Notes under the pieces: generated by a model | What the model saw: only the letters and a program-made list of their open reading frames with translations | Database searches by the model: none | Told to the model about the DNA's origin: nothing | Source: an uncultured Candidatus Planktophila sp. | Lineage (GTDB): Bacteria > Actinomycetota > Actinomycetes > Nanopelagicales > Nanopelagicaceae | Direction: 5' to 3' | Assembly (NCBI GenBank): GCA_964562535.1 | Contig: CAZLTK010000001.1 | Location: forward strand, 38,747 to 83,782 | DNA: 45,036 nucleotides | Shown here: in pieces, positions 1 to 9,466 of the stretch | Numbering within the stretch: position 1 is the first letter of the stretch | Layout: each line of letters starts with the position of its first letter | Program-made: the position numbers and the translations under genes

Positions 1-101
1 TCTGGATTTTTAATTGCTTGCGTAAACCCAATTGCAATGGATTGAGCATCAGCGAGCGCATCGGATAAAGAATTAAGGTCTACAGCAATCGGCTGAAGCA
101 C
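1..101 (-). CDS. 5' end of a gene running off the window (MLQPIAVDLNSLSDALADAQSIAIGFTQAIKNP...); possibly a leucyl aminopeptidase family protein by synteny
   Basis: Open frame from GTG at 101 to the window edge, 9 nt after the DUF3117 stop. Product inferred only from actinobacterial gene order. Confidence 0.4.
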   Translation of the reverse strand, partial: MLQPIAVDLNSLSDALADAQSIAIGFTQAIKNP

Positions 102-110
102 AAAAGTTAC

Positions 111-290
111 TTACTTCTTGATAAGTGCTACAGCTGCTTCAAGGGCGGCGCTGAGATTATTTGCTTCTTGGGGGTTGAGTTCGACGACAAGACGTCCGCC
201 ACCTTCTAGCGGAATACGCATAACTAGCGAGCGCGCTTCCTTGGTCACTTCCATGGGTCCATCACCAGTACGGGGTTTCATGGCTGCCAT
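111..290 (-). CDS. DUF3117 family small protein (59 aa)
   Basis: Manual translation MAAMKPRTGDGPMEVTKEARSLVMRIPLEGGGRLVVELNPQEANNLSAALEAAVALIKK matches the conserved actinobacterial DUF3117 sequence. AAAGGAG RBS upstream. Absent from the ORF track, apparently below its length cut-off. Confidence 0.93.
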   Translation of the reverse strand: MAAMKPRTGDGPMEVTKEARSLVMRIPLEGGGRLVVELNPQEANNLSAALEAAVALIKK

Positions 291-395
291 GGGGAGAACT
301 CCTTTGATACATAAATGTCGGCCAGATTGCGCCGTTGGTTACTTAAGAGGAGAAGTATCTCGCAGAACTGGCTGAGTATGAAATCGGAGGCGCAA

Positions 396-590
396 TTAGC
401 CCATTCCAAGCAGGGTGGTGATGCGAGTTTTTCCAGAAGCCATGACAGTTGAGACCGACTTTTCAGGAACGCCTAAGAGGGTGGCGATATCGCTGACCGC
501 CATCTGGCGAAGGTAATGGAGCGAGAGGATTATCCGCTCCTCCTCGGGCAACTGCGCCAAGGCCTCAGCCAAGGTAAGGGGCGCAGTCAT
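396..590 (-). CDS. stand-alone sigma-70 region 4 (HTH) domain protein, 64 aa
   Basis: LAEALAQLPEEERIILSLHYLRQMAVSDIATLLGVPEKSVS is a sigma region-4 pattern. Start moved to ATG 590, which has TAACCT 7 nt upstream. Confidence 0.75.
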   Translation of the reverse strand: MTAPLTLAEALAQLPEEERIILSLHYLRQMAVSDIATLLGVPEKSVSTVMASGKTRITTLLGMG

Positions 591-600
591 AGCCCCAAGG

Positions 601-1056
601 TTACTCGCGTGGGCGCAGTGATGTGGAGAGGCGAGCCAATGAGATTCGCACCCCAACCCAGAGAAAAGGTGCGATCGCTAGAAACTTTATGCGAGAACAC
701 TCAATTGTCTCTGACCAATTGAATTTTGTTGATGTGGAGTTAATCGGTGAAAGTACAAATGAACCGGTTCCTTTAAGAACTTTTCCCGTGTGCACGACAT
801 CGCAAATCTCAGGTGGTTGCCACTTTGTTACAACCATGGTGTCTAAAAGACCGAGCGATGAAAACTTCGGATAGAACTTATAGAGCGGACCTGTGAATGC
901 TGAGATCGAAGTTCCGGCGCCTTCACGAATTTGTGAAGTAACCCAAACTTTAGTTTGCAACATCCAATTGCCTTGTGATTCCCAATCTGCAATCGCCGCC
1001 CAAGCGCGTTCTTGAGAACATGGCAAGTTAATTGTGATTCTAAGTGTGTTAGACAT
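601..1056 (-). CDS. SRPBCC (polyketide cyclase/START-like) family protein
   Basis: AWAAIADWESQGNWM...T.V N-terminal motif; typical neighbour of LOG/dapD in actinobacteria. Confidence 0.8.
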   Translation of the reverse strand: MSNTLRITINLPCSQERAWAAIADWESQGNWMLQTKVWVTSQIREGAGTSISAFTGPLYKFYPKFSSLGLLDTMVVTKWQPPEICDVVHTGKVLKGTGSFVLSPINSTSTKFNWSETIECSRIKFLAIAPFLWVGVRISLARLSTSLRPRE

Positions 1057-1065
1057 TTGCTTGCG

Positions 1066-1614
1066 CTACTTACTGCTGGAGTTACTAGTTGCGATATCGA
1101 GAGCCTGGTCAACGCTCTTTGCCCAATGAAGAAGCTCTCGCTGCCCTGGCTTTACAAAACCATGCTCTTCTAGATGATCAATCAAAGTTGCAAGCGGAGC
1201 ATATAAATCGTAAGGATCTAAAATGATTACTGGCTTATTGTGAAACTTTAAGAATCGCCCAACCCAAATTTCGAAGAGTTCCTCAAGCGTTCCGATTCCG
1301 CCGGGTAGTGCAATAAATGCATCGGAAAGATCTTCAATCATCGCCTTTCGATTGCGCATCGAATCCACGATATGCAGTTCATCGCACTCTTTATCGGCAA
1401 ATTCAATATCTACTAAGCGCTGCGGGATGACTCCGATTGTTTTGCCACCTGATTCGCGTGCACCGCGAGATACCGCTCCCATCGCCGAAATATGTCCACC
1501 ACCTGAGACCAAATCCCAAGAACGAGCAGCGATTCCGGCACCCAACGAATGCGCCAGATCGATGTATTTGGGATCGATGGAAAGGGATGAAGAACAGTAA
1601 ACGGCGATACGCAT
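1066..1614 (-). CDS. LOG family (TIGR00730) nucleotide phosphoribohydrolase
   Basis: MRIAVYCSS start, SGGG..AMG, MRNRK, and PGGIGTLEE signature. Start corrected to ATG 1614. Confidence 0.92.
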   Translation of the reverse strand: MRIAVYCSSSLSIDPKYIDLAHSLGAGIAARSWDLVSGGGHISAMGAVSRGARESGGKTIGVIPQRLVDIEFADKECDELHIVDSMRNRKAMIEDLSDAFIALPGGIGTLEELFEIWVGRFLKFHNKPVIILDPYDLYAPLATLIDHLEEHGFVKPGQRELLHWAKSVDQALDIATSNSSSK

Positions 1615-1655
1615 GTGGCAAAGGATAGGGGAAGGATAGGGGTTAGGCTTATCGC
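1615..1655. promoter_or_regulatory. divergent leaderless promoters for LOG and dapD, with an 11-bp tandem repeat (AAGGATAGGGG x2)
   Basis: TAGGCT (1644-1649) 6 nt before the dapD ATG; TATCCT (minus strand, 1622-1627) 7 nt before the LOG ATG. Confidence 0.6.
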
Positions 1656-2603
1656 ATGTCTGCTTCGCAAAATTCGCCACATCTGGCATCTGGCCACGGA
1701 ATCGCAACATATTCTGGAGAAACACTTTTAGATGTCTGGTTCCCAGAACCAGTTCTCGGAAAAACACAGGGTGCGAATACTTCAAAAGTTTCTGCTGCGC
1801 TTAATGAACTTGCTGGAGTTGATGAAGTCAGAAAAGTTAGACGTGAAGTTATATCTATTGAGATTGACCTTAACGTGGCGCCAACTAGCGCTGCTGATGC
1901 CTACCTTCGCCTTCACTTACTCTCACATCGCTTAATTAAGCCACATGGCGCGGTTATGGATGGCATCTTCGGGTTGCTCGCCAACGTTGTTTGGACATCT
2001 GCTGGCCCATGCGCCGTGGAAGGATTTGAGTTAATTCGTGGTGCGCTGCGAAACAAATATGGCCATGTCACAGTATTCGGCGTAGATAAATTCCCGCGCA
2101 TGGTTGATTACGTAATTCCTTCTGGTGTTCGAATTGCCGATGCTGATCGCGTGCGACTAGGTGCACATCTAGCACCAGGTACAACAGTTATGCATGAAGG
2201 CTTTGTTAACTTTAACGCGGGCACTTTAGGAACTTCCATGGTGGAAGGTCGAATTTCCGCAGGCGTCGTCGTAGGCGACGGTAGCGATGTCGGTGGCGGC
2301 GCTTCAATCATGGGCACTTTAAGTGGTGGTGGAAAAGAAGTTATCTCAGTTGGCGAAAAGTGCTTGCTTGGTGCAAATTCTGGACTTGGAATTTCACTTG
2401 GCAATAACTGCGTAGTTGAGGCAGGAACTTATATAACTGCGGCCTCAAAGGTAAAACTTCCAGATGGTGAAATTGTGAAAGCAGCCTCGCTATCTGGTGC
2501 CAGCAACTTGCTTTTCCGTCGTAATTCTCTAACTGGTGGTTTAGAAGTTGTAATGCGAACTGGCACTTGGGGTGGCTTGAATACCATCCTGCACGCTAAC
2601 TAA
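1656..2603 (+). CDS. dapD: tetrahydrodipicolinate N-succinyltransferase (actinobacterial type)
   Basis: DAYLRLHLLSHR, VDKFPRMVDYV, RIADADRVRLGAHL, EGFVNFNAG motifs. Confidence 0.96.
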   Translation: MSASQNSPHLASGHGIATYSGETLLDVWFPEPVLGKTQGANTSKVSAALNELAGVDEVRKVRREVISIEIDLNVAPTSAADAYLRLHLLSHRLIKPHGAVMDGIFGLLANVVWTSAGPCAVEGFELIRGALRNKYGHVTVFGVDKFPRMVDYVIPSGVRIADADRVRLGAHLAPGTTVMHEGFVNFNAGTLGTSMVEGRISAGVVVGDGSDVGGGASIMGTLSGGGKEVISVGEKCLLGANSGLGISLGNNCVVEAGTYITAASKVKLPDGEIVKAASLSGASNLLFRRNSLTGGLEVVMRTGTWGGLNTILHAN

Positions 2604-2611
2604 TTTCTAAA

Positions 2612-3865
2612 TTATTTCAGAGAAAACCAAGCTGAAGGCAGTTTGCTACGGCTTCTAAAAGTTTCACCGCGAAGTACGGCAAATGATCCATCTGAACTAA
2701 TCGCTTGAATTAGCGCGACCGATCCTGCAGGGTTATTTGATAGAACTGTTAAAGAAATAACATCTGGCAGCGCGAAAGCCTGAGCAATAACTGCTTGAGA
2801 TATTTCTCTGGTCCATGAAGCAAAGCGAGGATTAAGTGTGACATCAACACTTGCGCTATCAGGAACGCTAACTGTGTAAGGGGTTGCAGTACCCCAGGCG
2901 TGCTCAGATGTTTCTGTTGTACCGCCCGATGATGAAGAGAAGTAAGCGGTAATTGGGCGGCCTTCGTAGGTAATTATCGATCCTGCAGTTCGGTTAACTG
3001 CCGCCTTCCAAATTTCCCCAAATCTTGGTTCACTCTCTTTTGAATAACCAGCAAAGGTTTGATCGCTAATCGTTGCGTATAAATGGCAATCACAGGCTGT
3101 GCGGATCTTTGTAGATTTTGCATATGCATACGTTCTAGATGCGATCGCTTGCGCTTCTAGCGCTTGGGTTGGCCAAGATGAGGGCACCTCACCAATTCCC
3201 CATAGATACTCATCTTGTAGGCGCACAGAGTTGATAATCGCCAATCGCTTTCCAAAGGTTTTATCTCTAATTACTTTGAGGGAAATCTGTCCATGGCGAT
3301 ATTTTTTCGTTACGCCATTAGTTGTCAGCGAAATAACAGTTGGTGAACCATCTTGATAGCGAGTTCCAGACCAACGTAGAGTGAAAGAGCTTCCAGTTGT
3401 AATTGCTTTGGTAGTAGTTCCCCGGGTTGTACTTATTGCAATTTGCCCATCACTTAAATTCAAATTGAGTGAGGTCTTACTTGGAAAAGTAAGTAAAGGT
3501 GTGGCCGTTTGTGTTTCACCTAAATCACCTGCAAATAGTTGAAGTTCTGCACCCTTTGAGTCACTTCTTAACTTCGCAGATGTTAGTAAATTTCCTAGGT
3601 TAATTCGAAGAATTTGCGTATCGGTAACCGTTTCAACAATTGTTCCGGTGTAGTAATACTGCAAAATAGCGGTCGCGGATTCACCGGCTAAAGCTTTCGC
3701 TCTGGCACCGATCTGACTCATTCCGACGCCATGGCCGTAGCCAGTTCCTTGAAATGCAAAAGTTGCTGGAACAGTCTCAGCGTTGGCAGCGTTTGGCAGA
3801 AAAGTGATCGGTGAGACAGCAATTGCGATTGCAAGAGCAATCAGAGGCTTTTTAGACATCCTCAT
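2612..3865 (-). CDS. SpoIID/LytB domain protein (peptidoglycan lytic transglycosylase), secreted
   Basis: GYGHGVGMSQ.GA, EVPSSWP..ALEAQAIASRTYA and YFSSSSGG.TE motifs; signal peptide ending ANA. Alternative start 3859. Confidence 0.88.
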   Translation of the reverse strand: MRMSKKPLIALAIAIAVSPITFLPNAANAETVPATFAFQGTGYGHGVGMSQIGARAKALAGESATAILQYYYTGTIVETVTDTQILRINLGNLLTSAKLRSDSKGAELQLFAGDLGETQTATPLLTFPSKTSLNLNLSDGQIAISTTRGTTTKAITTGSSFTLRWSGTRYQDGSPTVISLTTNGVTKKYRHGQISLKVIRDKTFGKRLAIINSVRLQDEYLWGIGEVPSSWPTQALEAQAIASRTYAYAKSTKIRTACDCHLYATISDQTFAGYSKESEPRFGEIWKAAVNRTAGSIITYEGRPITAYFSSSSGGTTETSEHAWGTATPYTVSVPDSASVDVTLNPRFASWTREISQAVIAQAFALPDVISLTVLSNNPAGSVALIQAISSDGSFAVLRGETFRSRSKLPSAWFSLK

Positions 3866-4667
3866 TTGCTGCTGCGCTCTTTCCGACCTGCATAAATTCG
3901 CGATACTGCTTGATAATCTCCGCTGGATTTCCGCGCGCCATCAACTTGCCTTTATGGAGCCAGGCGACTTCATTACAGACATCTTCAATAGTTGCCATCG
4001 CATGGCTAACTAAAATAAGTGCGCGGTCCGCGGTGCGCAGCTCTTTAATGCGATTCAGGCTCTTCTCTTTAAAGTGCGCATCACCAGTGCTGAGGGCTTC
4101 ATCAACTATCAAAATATCTGGCTGCACCGTTGCCGCCACTGAAAATGCCAGACGCGCATACATTCCAGATGAATAAGTGCGCATAGGAGCATCTATTGCA
4201 TCTCCAAGCTCTGAAAACTCGGCGATCGCATCGAACTGGCTATCAATTTCAGCGCGTGACATTCCGGCAGCAAGTCCACCTAAGTAAACATTTGCGCGCC
4301 CCGTCATTGATGGGTTAAACCCAACACCGAGGGCCAAGAGCGTACTAACGGAACCGTGAACTTCAATGCGTCCTTGAGATGGGGGAACGATTCCGGAGAT
4401 AACGCGCATCAGTGAAGATTTGCCAGCGCCGTTTGAGCCAATGACTCCGAGCACCGTGCCGTAGTGCACATCAAGATTTACGTGATCTAAAGCGTTTACC
4501 ACACGAGTGTGCTTGTTGGAGCGTCCAATAGTTTTGAGGCGAGCCTTTAGCGTTGGTCGCTTAACAATCGAAGTCTTATAGGTAAGCCCAACGTTCTGCA
4601 CTGAAACAGCAAGACCATTTTTCGGGTGAATTGAATTTTGTGAATTAGAGGCGGACAGCGAAATCAC
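3852..4667 (-). CDS. polysaccharide/teichoic acid export ABC ATPase (Wzt/TagH-like)
   Basis: Walker A GSNGAGKS, YSSGM signature, ILIVDEALSTGD, SH switch. Confidence 0.9.
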   Translation of the reverse strand: MISLSASNSQNSIHPKNGLAVSVQNVGLTYKTSIVKRPTLKARLKTIGRSNKHTRVVNALDHVNLDVHYGTVLGVIGSNGAGKSSLMRVISGIVPPSQGRIEVHGSVSTLLALGVGFNPSMTGRANVYLGGLAAGMSRAEIDSQFDAIAEFSELGDAIDAPMRTYSSGMYARLAFSVAATVQPDILIVDEALSTGDAHFKEKSLNRIKELRTADRALILVSHAMATIEDVCNEVAWLHKGKLMARGNPAEIIKQYREFMQVGKSAAANEDV

Positions 4668-5472
4668 GCTCCCTAGATAAGAAGAAATATGTTCCTACAA
4701 AGAAGATTGACAGCGCCCAGATGAGTGCATGCGCTAACGAGAATAAATCTGGGGCTTGGGCATAGACCATTACTTGTGACCAAGCATCGAGGAGATAGAA
4801 AATTGGATTTACTATCTCAAAACGCTTTAACTCTTCTGTTAGGTCACTTGCCTGATAAAGAATCGGAGATAAATAAAGAAGGCTGCGAGTCATGTAAGGC
4901 AGGAAACTTGCGATATCTCGAAAGTAAACGTTGATACAAGAGATCAGAATCGCCATCCCAAGCCCCATCAACAATGCGATTAGCAGCACCGGAATAGCCC
5001 AGAACATATTCCACGAGTACTCAAGACCCAGCGCTGTTCGCATAATGAAGAAGATAAATAAGGTAGGAATAAATTTAAATAGCGCAATCACCGATGCAGA
5101 AATTGGAAGCATCACTCGTGGGAAGGCGGTATTTAAAATCAAACGTTGGCCCGCAGTGATCGACTTGACGCCGCCACTTAAGCTATTGCTGATCAAGTAA
5201 AAGAGAAAGAGGCTGGCAGTTAGATGGCCGTATCGAGTGGCATCGCTTTGGCCGCCAATGATGTAGATCAAGAGAAAATAAACGCCAGAAAGAAGAAGTG
5301 GATTTAAGACCAACCAGAGTTGGCCGAAGACAGAGCCATAGTTTTGTTCACGAAGTTCGGACCTTGAGAACTCTGAGATAAATGAGCGGCGGGCCCAAAG
5401 GGAGCGCAGGTATGAACCCAGAGGCGGCATGCCAGCGCGAAAGGGTTCGTAAACGGTTACAGGAGCGCTCAT
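4645..5472 (-). CDS. polysaccharide export ABC permease (Wzm/TagG-like)
   Basis: Y.GSVFGQLWLVLNPLL, FPR, FRDI and NP motifs; multiple TM segments; overlaps the ATPase gene. Confidence 0.9.
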   Translation of the reverse strand: MSAPVTVYEPFRAGMPPLGSYLRSLWARRSFISEFSRSELREQNYGSVFGQLWLVLNPLLLSGVYFLLIYIIGGQSDATRYGHLTASLFLFYLISNSLSGGVKSITAGQRLILNTAFPRVMLPISASVIALFKFIPTLFIFFIMRTALGLEYSWNMFWAIPVLLIALLMGLGMAILISCINVYFRDIASFLPYMTRSLLYLSPILYQASDLTEELKRFEIVNPIFYLLDAWSQVMVYAQAPDLFSLAHALIWALSIFFVGTYFFLSRERDFAVRL

Positions 5473-5483
5473 ATGGGTAAAGG

Positions 5484-6467
5484 CTACCGCAGCGTTTTAG
5501 TTGAGGTGATGAACCCCGCACCCCAAGCGAAATGCATTGTTGGAATAATCGATAGAAGTGAAAAGAATTCACGAATTGACCGCGAAATCAGCGCTGCAGA
5601 TAGGCCCACGAAAACTCCATAAACAAAGACTGGAATATAGAGCATCGGATGAATCAAAGCTCCACCGATTACTGAAGTTACACAACCGATTAGCGTCACC
5701 GGTGGCGCTAAGTAACGTAAATTAATTGTTCCGCTATGGCTACGCGAAACTACTCTTCGCCAGGTTCCATATTGAAAATATTGCTTCGCTAGCTTTCTCA
5801 AATTTGGTCGCGGGCGATATGTGACTTGAAGTCTGGGATCAAAATAAATTAATCCACCGTTTTTGCGCAAGCGAAAATTTAACTCCCAATCCTGTGCGCG
5901 GGTATATCGCTCATCAAAGCCACCTGCTTGGTTAATTGCTTCACGTTTAAATGCTCCGAGATAAACGGTGTCTACTTCTCCGGCTTCTCCACCAGTGTGA
6001 AAACGTGAAGCGCCAACTCCCAATGGACTGCGCATCGCACGAGCAACCGCCTTTTCAAAGGTACTTACTCCCTCTGCTGCCATAACTCCACCAACATTTA
6101 CGGCGCCAGTCTTTTCAATAATCTCCACAGCCAACGTTAGGTAGTTCTGTGGAATTTTTGCATGGCCATCAACACGAACAATTATTGGGTGCGTGGATGC
6201 AGCGACCGCCAAATTAAGCCCAGCCGCTGTTTTTCCAGATGGGTTGGCTACCAATTTAACTCGCTGATCTCTGGCTGATAGTGACTCTGCAATTTCATCT
6301 GTGCGATCTTGCGAGGGGCCAAGGGCAAGAATTACTTCAAAGACCCCGCGATAATCCTGGGAAAGGATTGCCGATATAGATTCTTCTAAGTGCGCCTCTT
6401 CATTTAGAACGGGAAGAATTACGCTAACTGCTGGTGAGACAGATAACTCGCCCATAGATGTCGACAT
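5484..6467 (-). CDS. glycosyltransferase family 2 (ExoA-like)
   Basis: VSVILPVLNEE, RVDGH, GGFDE...AQDWELNFR, QYFQYG.WR; C-terminal TM segments. Confidence 0.9.
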   Translation of the reverse strand: MSTSMGELSVSPAVSVILPVLNEEAHLEESISAILSQDYRGVFEVILALGPSQDRTDEIAESLSARDQRVKLVANPSGKTAAGLNLAVAASTHPIIVRVDGHAKIPQNYLTLAVEIIEKTGAVNVGGVMAAEGVSTFEKAVARAMRSPLGVGASRFHTGGEAGEVDTVYLGAFKREAINQAGGFDERYTRAQDWELNFRLRKNGGLIYFDPRLQVTYRPRPNLRKLAKQYFQYGTWRRVVSRSHSGTINLRYLAPPVTLIGCVTSVIGGALIHPMLYIPVFVYGVFVGLSAALISRSIREFFSLLSIIPTMHFAWGAGFITSTKTLR

Positions 6468-6503
6468 AACCCCTCTACGCTATCGCCCAAGTAGAGTTCG
6501 TAT

Positions 6504-7628
6504 GTGAAATCGACGCGAGCAATAAAGGTTATTACATCACTTTCTGTGGGTGTAGTACTTCTCGCATCGCTATCTTGGATCGGATTAGGCCAAGTAAGCG
6601 GCAGGATCGATCGCATTAGCGTCTTCGCTGGGCTAGATAATCGCCCTGAGAAAACATCTAAGGCTCTTAACTATTTATTGGTTGGTTCAGATACTCGTGA
6701 AGGCCTAACAAAAGAAGAGATGAAAGCCCTACGCGTTGGAAGCACTAAGACTGCCGCCGGCGGAAGATCTGACACGATGTTGTTGGTTCACATCAGCAAG
6801 AAACGGGATAAGGCATTTCTTATATCCCTACCTCGTGATTCGCTCGTAACAATTCCGGCTCATTTGAGCACAGATGGAAAATCACAGATTCCTGATCGTG
6901 AGAATAAGTTAAATGCAGCTTTCGCATTTGGTGGTGCACCACTTCTAATCGAAACTATAGAACGTGCTACAAATCTGAAGATGGATCATTACATTGAGGT
7001 GAGCTTTGCCGGTTTTGCTGGAATCGTTAACGCTCTTGGCGGCATTGAAGTCTGTACAAAGGTAGATATCGATGACCCAAAGAGCCACCTAGTGCTCAGC
7101 GCCGGCACACATACTCTTGATGGAATCGAAGCCCTTAAATATGTTCGCACCCGTGACTTTGATGGACGTGGCGATATCGGACGTATGCAACGTCAACAAC
7201 AATTTATGAGTTCGGTAATCAAGAAGGCAACCAGTACTGGCGTACTTCTAAACCCAATCAAATTAGTTAATTTTATGAACGCAGCGATCTCTACCGTAAA
7301 AATGGATGAGAACTTAACCAAGAACGATCTGTTAGATCTGGCTAAGCAGATGCGCGGACTCTCTTCCGGAAATGTTCGCACTTTGACGGTTCCGTTAAAG
7401 ACCGCAAATGGCAGACACCCAACCGCGGGTTCGGTAGTAATTTGGGATCCAGTGTTAAGCGCAGATTTATGGACGAGAATTCGTGATGATGCAGCGCTGA
7501 TCGATGAAATTACTCCATCACCATCTGCAAGTTCATCTTCATCGGCATCAGCATCTGCCAAGCCAGTTATTGTCGATAAATTCAAGACGCGCACTGCAGC
7601 GGAAAATCCATGCGGGGAAATCAATTAG
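6504..7628 (+). CDS. LCP (LytR-CpsA-Psr) family glycopolymer-peptidoglycan ligase
   Basis: N-terminal TM, LLVGSDTR, RSDTMLLVH, SLPRDS, ALKYVRTR, DIGRMQRQQ; Ser-rich C-terminal linker. Confidence 0.93.
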   Translation: MKSTRAIKVITSLSVGVVLLASLSWIGLGQVSGRIDRISVFAGLDNRPEKTSKALNYLLVGSDTREGLTKEEMKALRVGSTKTAAGGRSDTMLLVHISKKRDKAFLISLPRDSLVTIPAHLSTDGKSQIPDRENKLNAAFAFGGAPLLIETIERATNLKMDHYIEVSFAGFAGIVNALGGIEVCTKVDIDDPKSHLVLSAGTHTLDGIEALKYVRTRDFDGRGDIGRMQRQQQFMSSVIKKATSTGVLLNPIKLVNFMNAAISTVKMDENLTKNDLLDLAKQMRGLSSGNVRTLTVPLKTANGRHPTAGSVVIWDPVLSADLWTRIRDDAALIDEITPSPSASSSSSASASAKPVIVDKFKTRTAAENPCGEIN

Positions 7629-7651
7629 AAGGTGCTTTAGACTAAAACCCT

Positions 7652-8956
7652 ATGAAACTCTCAGTTATTGGTTGTGGCTATCTCGGAGCCACTCACGCAG
7701 CATGTATGTCATCACTTGGATTCGAAGTTGTTGGAGTTGATACTGATCAACATAAGGTAGATCTACTCTCACGTGGCGAACTGCCTTTCTATGAACCAGG
7801 TTTAGATACTTTGCTCGCAGCAGAGATGAAGACCGGTCGACTCTCATTTACAACAGATTTTTCAGCAGTTGCCGATGCCGACGTCCACTTTATCTGCGTG
7901 GGAACACCGCAGAGTAAAGATGGCCTTGCCGCCGATTTAACATATGTGAAATCTTCCGTTGCAGCGATTGCGCCACACTTAAAAGATGGCGCACTCGTTG
8001 TTGGTAAATCAACAGTTCCCGTAGGCACAGCCCAAGCGCTCCGCGATATTTTGGCTACATCTGCACCACAGGCTGATTTAGCTTGGAACCCAGAATTCCT
8101 ACGTGAAGGTTTTGCAGTCGAAGATACTTTGACTCCCAACCGCCTCGTGGTTGGCGTCGTTAACGATCGCGCTGAAGAGATTCTCAAAGAGGTATACAAA
8201 CCGATCATCGATCTTGGAACCCCTTGGATTCGCGCCGATCTTCCAACTGCTGAACTTGTAAAGGTTGCAGCAAACTCATTCCTGGCAACGAAGATTTCAT
8301 TTATCAACGCTATGGCTGAAGTCTGTGAAGCAGCCGGCGGAGATGTCACTGTGCTTGCTAAAGCCATTGGTTACGACCCACGTATTGGCAATCGTTTCTT
8401 GCAGGCAGGTATTGGTTTTGGTGGCGGATGTCTGCCAAAAGATATCCGTGCCTTTATGGCGCGCGCACAAGAACTTGGCGCTGATCAAGCGCTCGAATTC
8501 TTGCGAGAGATTGATGCAATCAACTTACGTGCACGTCAGCGCGTAATTGATGTTGTGCGCGCTGATCTTTCAGAAGATTTAACGCAATATAAAATTGCAG
8601 TACTCGGTGCGACATTTAAGCCCGATAGCGATGATGTTCGTGACTCCCCCGCACTTGATATCGCTGCACAACTTCAAGCCGCAGGTGCCACAGTTGTTGT
8701 CCATGATCCAAAGGGAATTGAGCCAGCACGTAAGCGTTTCCCAAACCTTGATTTCGCCGAGAAAGTTACCGATTGCGTTAAAGGCGCCGATGCCATCCTC
8801 CACTTAACAGAGTGGAAGGAGTACCGAGAACTTGATCCATCAGTGATCGGTCAACTAGTTAAATCAAAGTTCCTGATTGATGGTCGCAATATGCTCGATC
8901 GCGACAAGTGGCGTGCAGCAGGTTGGCGCGTTCACGCTCTCGGCCGCTCAGATTAA
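7652..8956 (+). CDS. ugd: UDP-glucose/GDP-mannose 6-dehydrogenase
   Basis: GCGYLG, FICVGTP, KSTVPVGT, NPEFLREG, GFGGGCLPKD, FKPDSDDVRDSP. Confidence 0.93.
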   Translation: MKLSVIGCGYLGATHAACMSSLGFEVVGVDTDQHKVDLLSRGELPFYEPGLDTLLAAEMKTGRLSFTTDFSAVADADVHFICVGTPQSKDGLAADLTYVKSSVAAIAPHLKDGALVVGKSTVPVGTAQALRDILATSAPQADLAWNPEFLREGFAVEDTLTPNRLVVGVVNDRAEEILKEVYKPIIDLGTPWIRADLPTAELVKVAANSFLATKISFINAMAEVCEAAGGDVTVLAKAIGYDPRIGNRFLQAGIGFGGGCLPKDIRAFMARAQELGADQALEFLREIDAINLRARQRVIDVVRADLSEDLTQYKIAVLGATFKPDSDDVRDSPALDIAAQLQAAGATVVVHDPKGIEPARKRFPNLDFAEKVTDCVKGADAILHLTEWKEYRELDPSVIGQLVKSKFLIDGRNMLDRDKWRAAGWRVHALGRSD

Positions 8957-8959
8957 GAG

Positions 8960-9466
8960 TTAAAAACCAGTTTTTTGATTTCGGCGTGCGCTTAAATTCT
9001 CGCCTTTGGCTTTAGCTTCCTTGTTTATCTCGGCGAGGTTTAAAGCAACTTTCGCTGAAATTTCAGAATCACTCACTCCTAGGATTCGCGCAGCGAGAAT
9101 TCCGGCGTTCTTGGCGTTATCGATTCCTACAGTTGCCACTGGAATTCCTGCTGGCATCTGAACGATTGATAGCAGTGAGTCCATACCTTCTAAATTCTTA
9201 AGCGAGACTGGAACACCGATTACTGGAAGCGTTGTAAGCGAGGCGACCATTCCAGGTAAATGTGCGGCGCCTCCTGCGCCAGCGATGATCACCTTATAAC
9301 CCTTTGTCGCTGCATTCTTCGCAAACTCCACCATTTCTTCGGGCATGCGATGGGCTGAGACAACATCGGCGGTGTAACTAATTCCAAATGAATCAAGGGC
9401 TTTCGCCGCTTCTTCCATTACCGGCCAATCAGAATCTGATCCCATGATGATGGCAACATCACTCAT
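8960..9466 (-). CDS. purE: N5-CAIR mutase
   Basis: [38 protein letters not shown]. Confidence 0.97.
   Translation of the reverse strand: MSDVAIIMGSDSDWPVMEEAAKALDSFGISYTADVVSAHRMPEEMVEFAKNAATKGYKVIIAGAGGAAHLPGMVASLTTLPVIGVPVSLKNLEGMDSLLSIVQMPAGIPVATVGIDNAKNAGILAARILGVSDSEISAKVALNLAEINKEAKAKGENLSARRNQKTGF

Noticed and set aside
118-375. 85-aa plus-strand ORF
   Set aside because: Antisense shadow of the DUF3117 gene; no recognisable motif.
326-396. 8-bp inverted repeat ATTGCGCC/GGCGCAAT about 55 nt apart
   Set aside because: Too short and distant, probably straddles the promoter, and has no supporting structure.
1615-1785. N-terminal extension of the LOG ORF in the track
   Set aside because: It overlaps dapD head to head; family similarity begins at MRIAVY (1614).
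7510-7562. Low-complexity TCATCx/GCATCx repeats
   Set aside because: They encode the Ser/Ala/Pro linker of the LCP protein.
7789-8367. 192-aa antisense ORF inside ugd
   Set aside because: Ser/Ala/Thr-rich mirror-frame shadow typical of codon bias; no independent signals.
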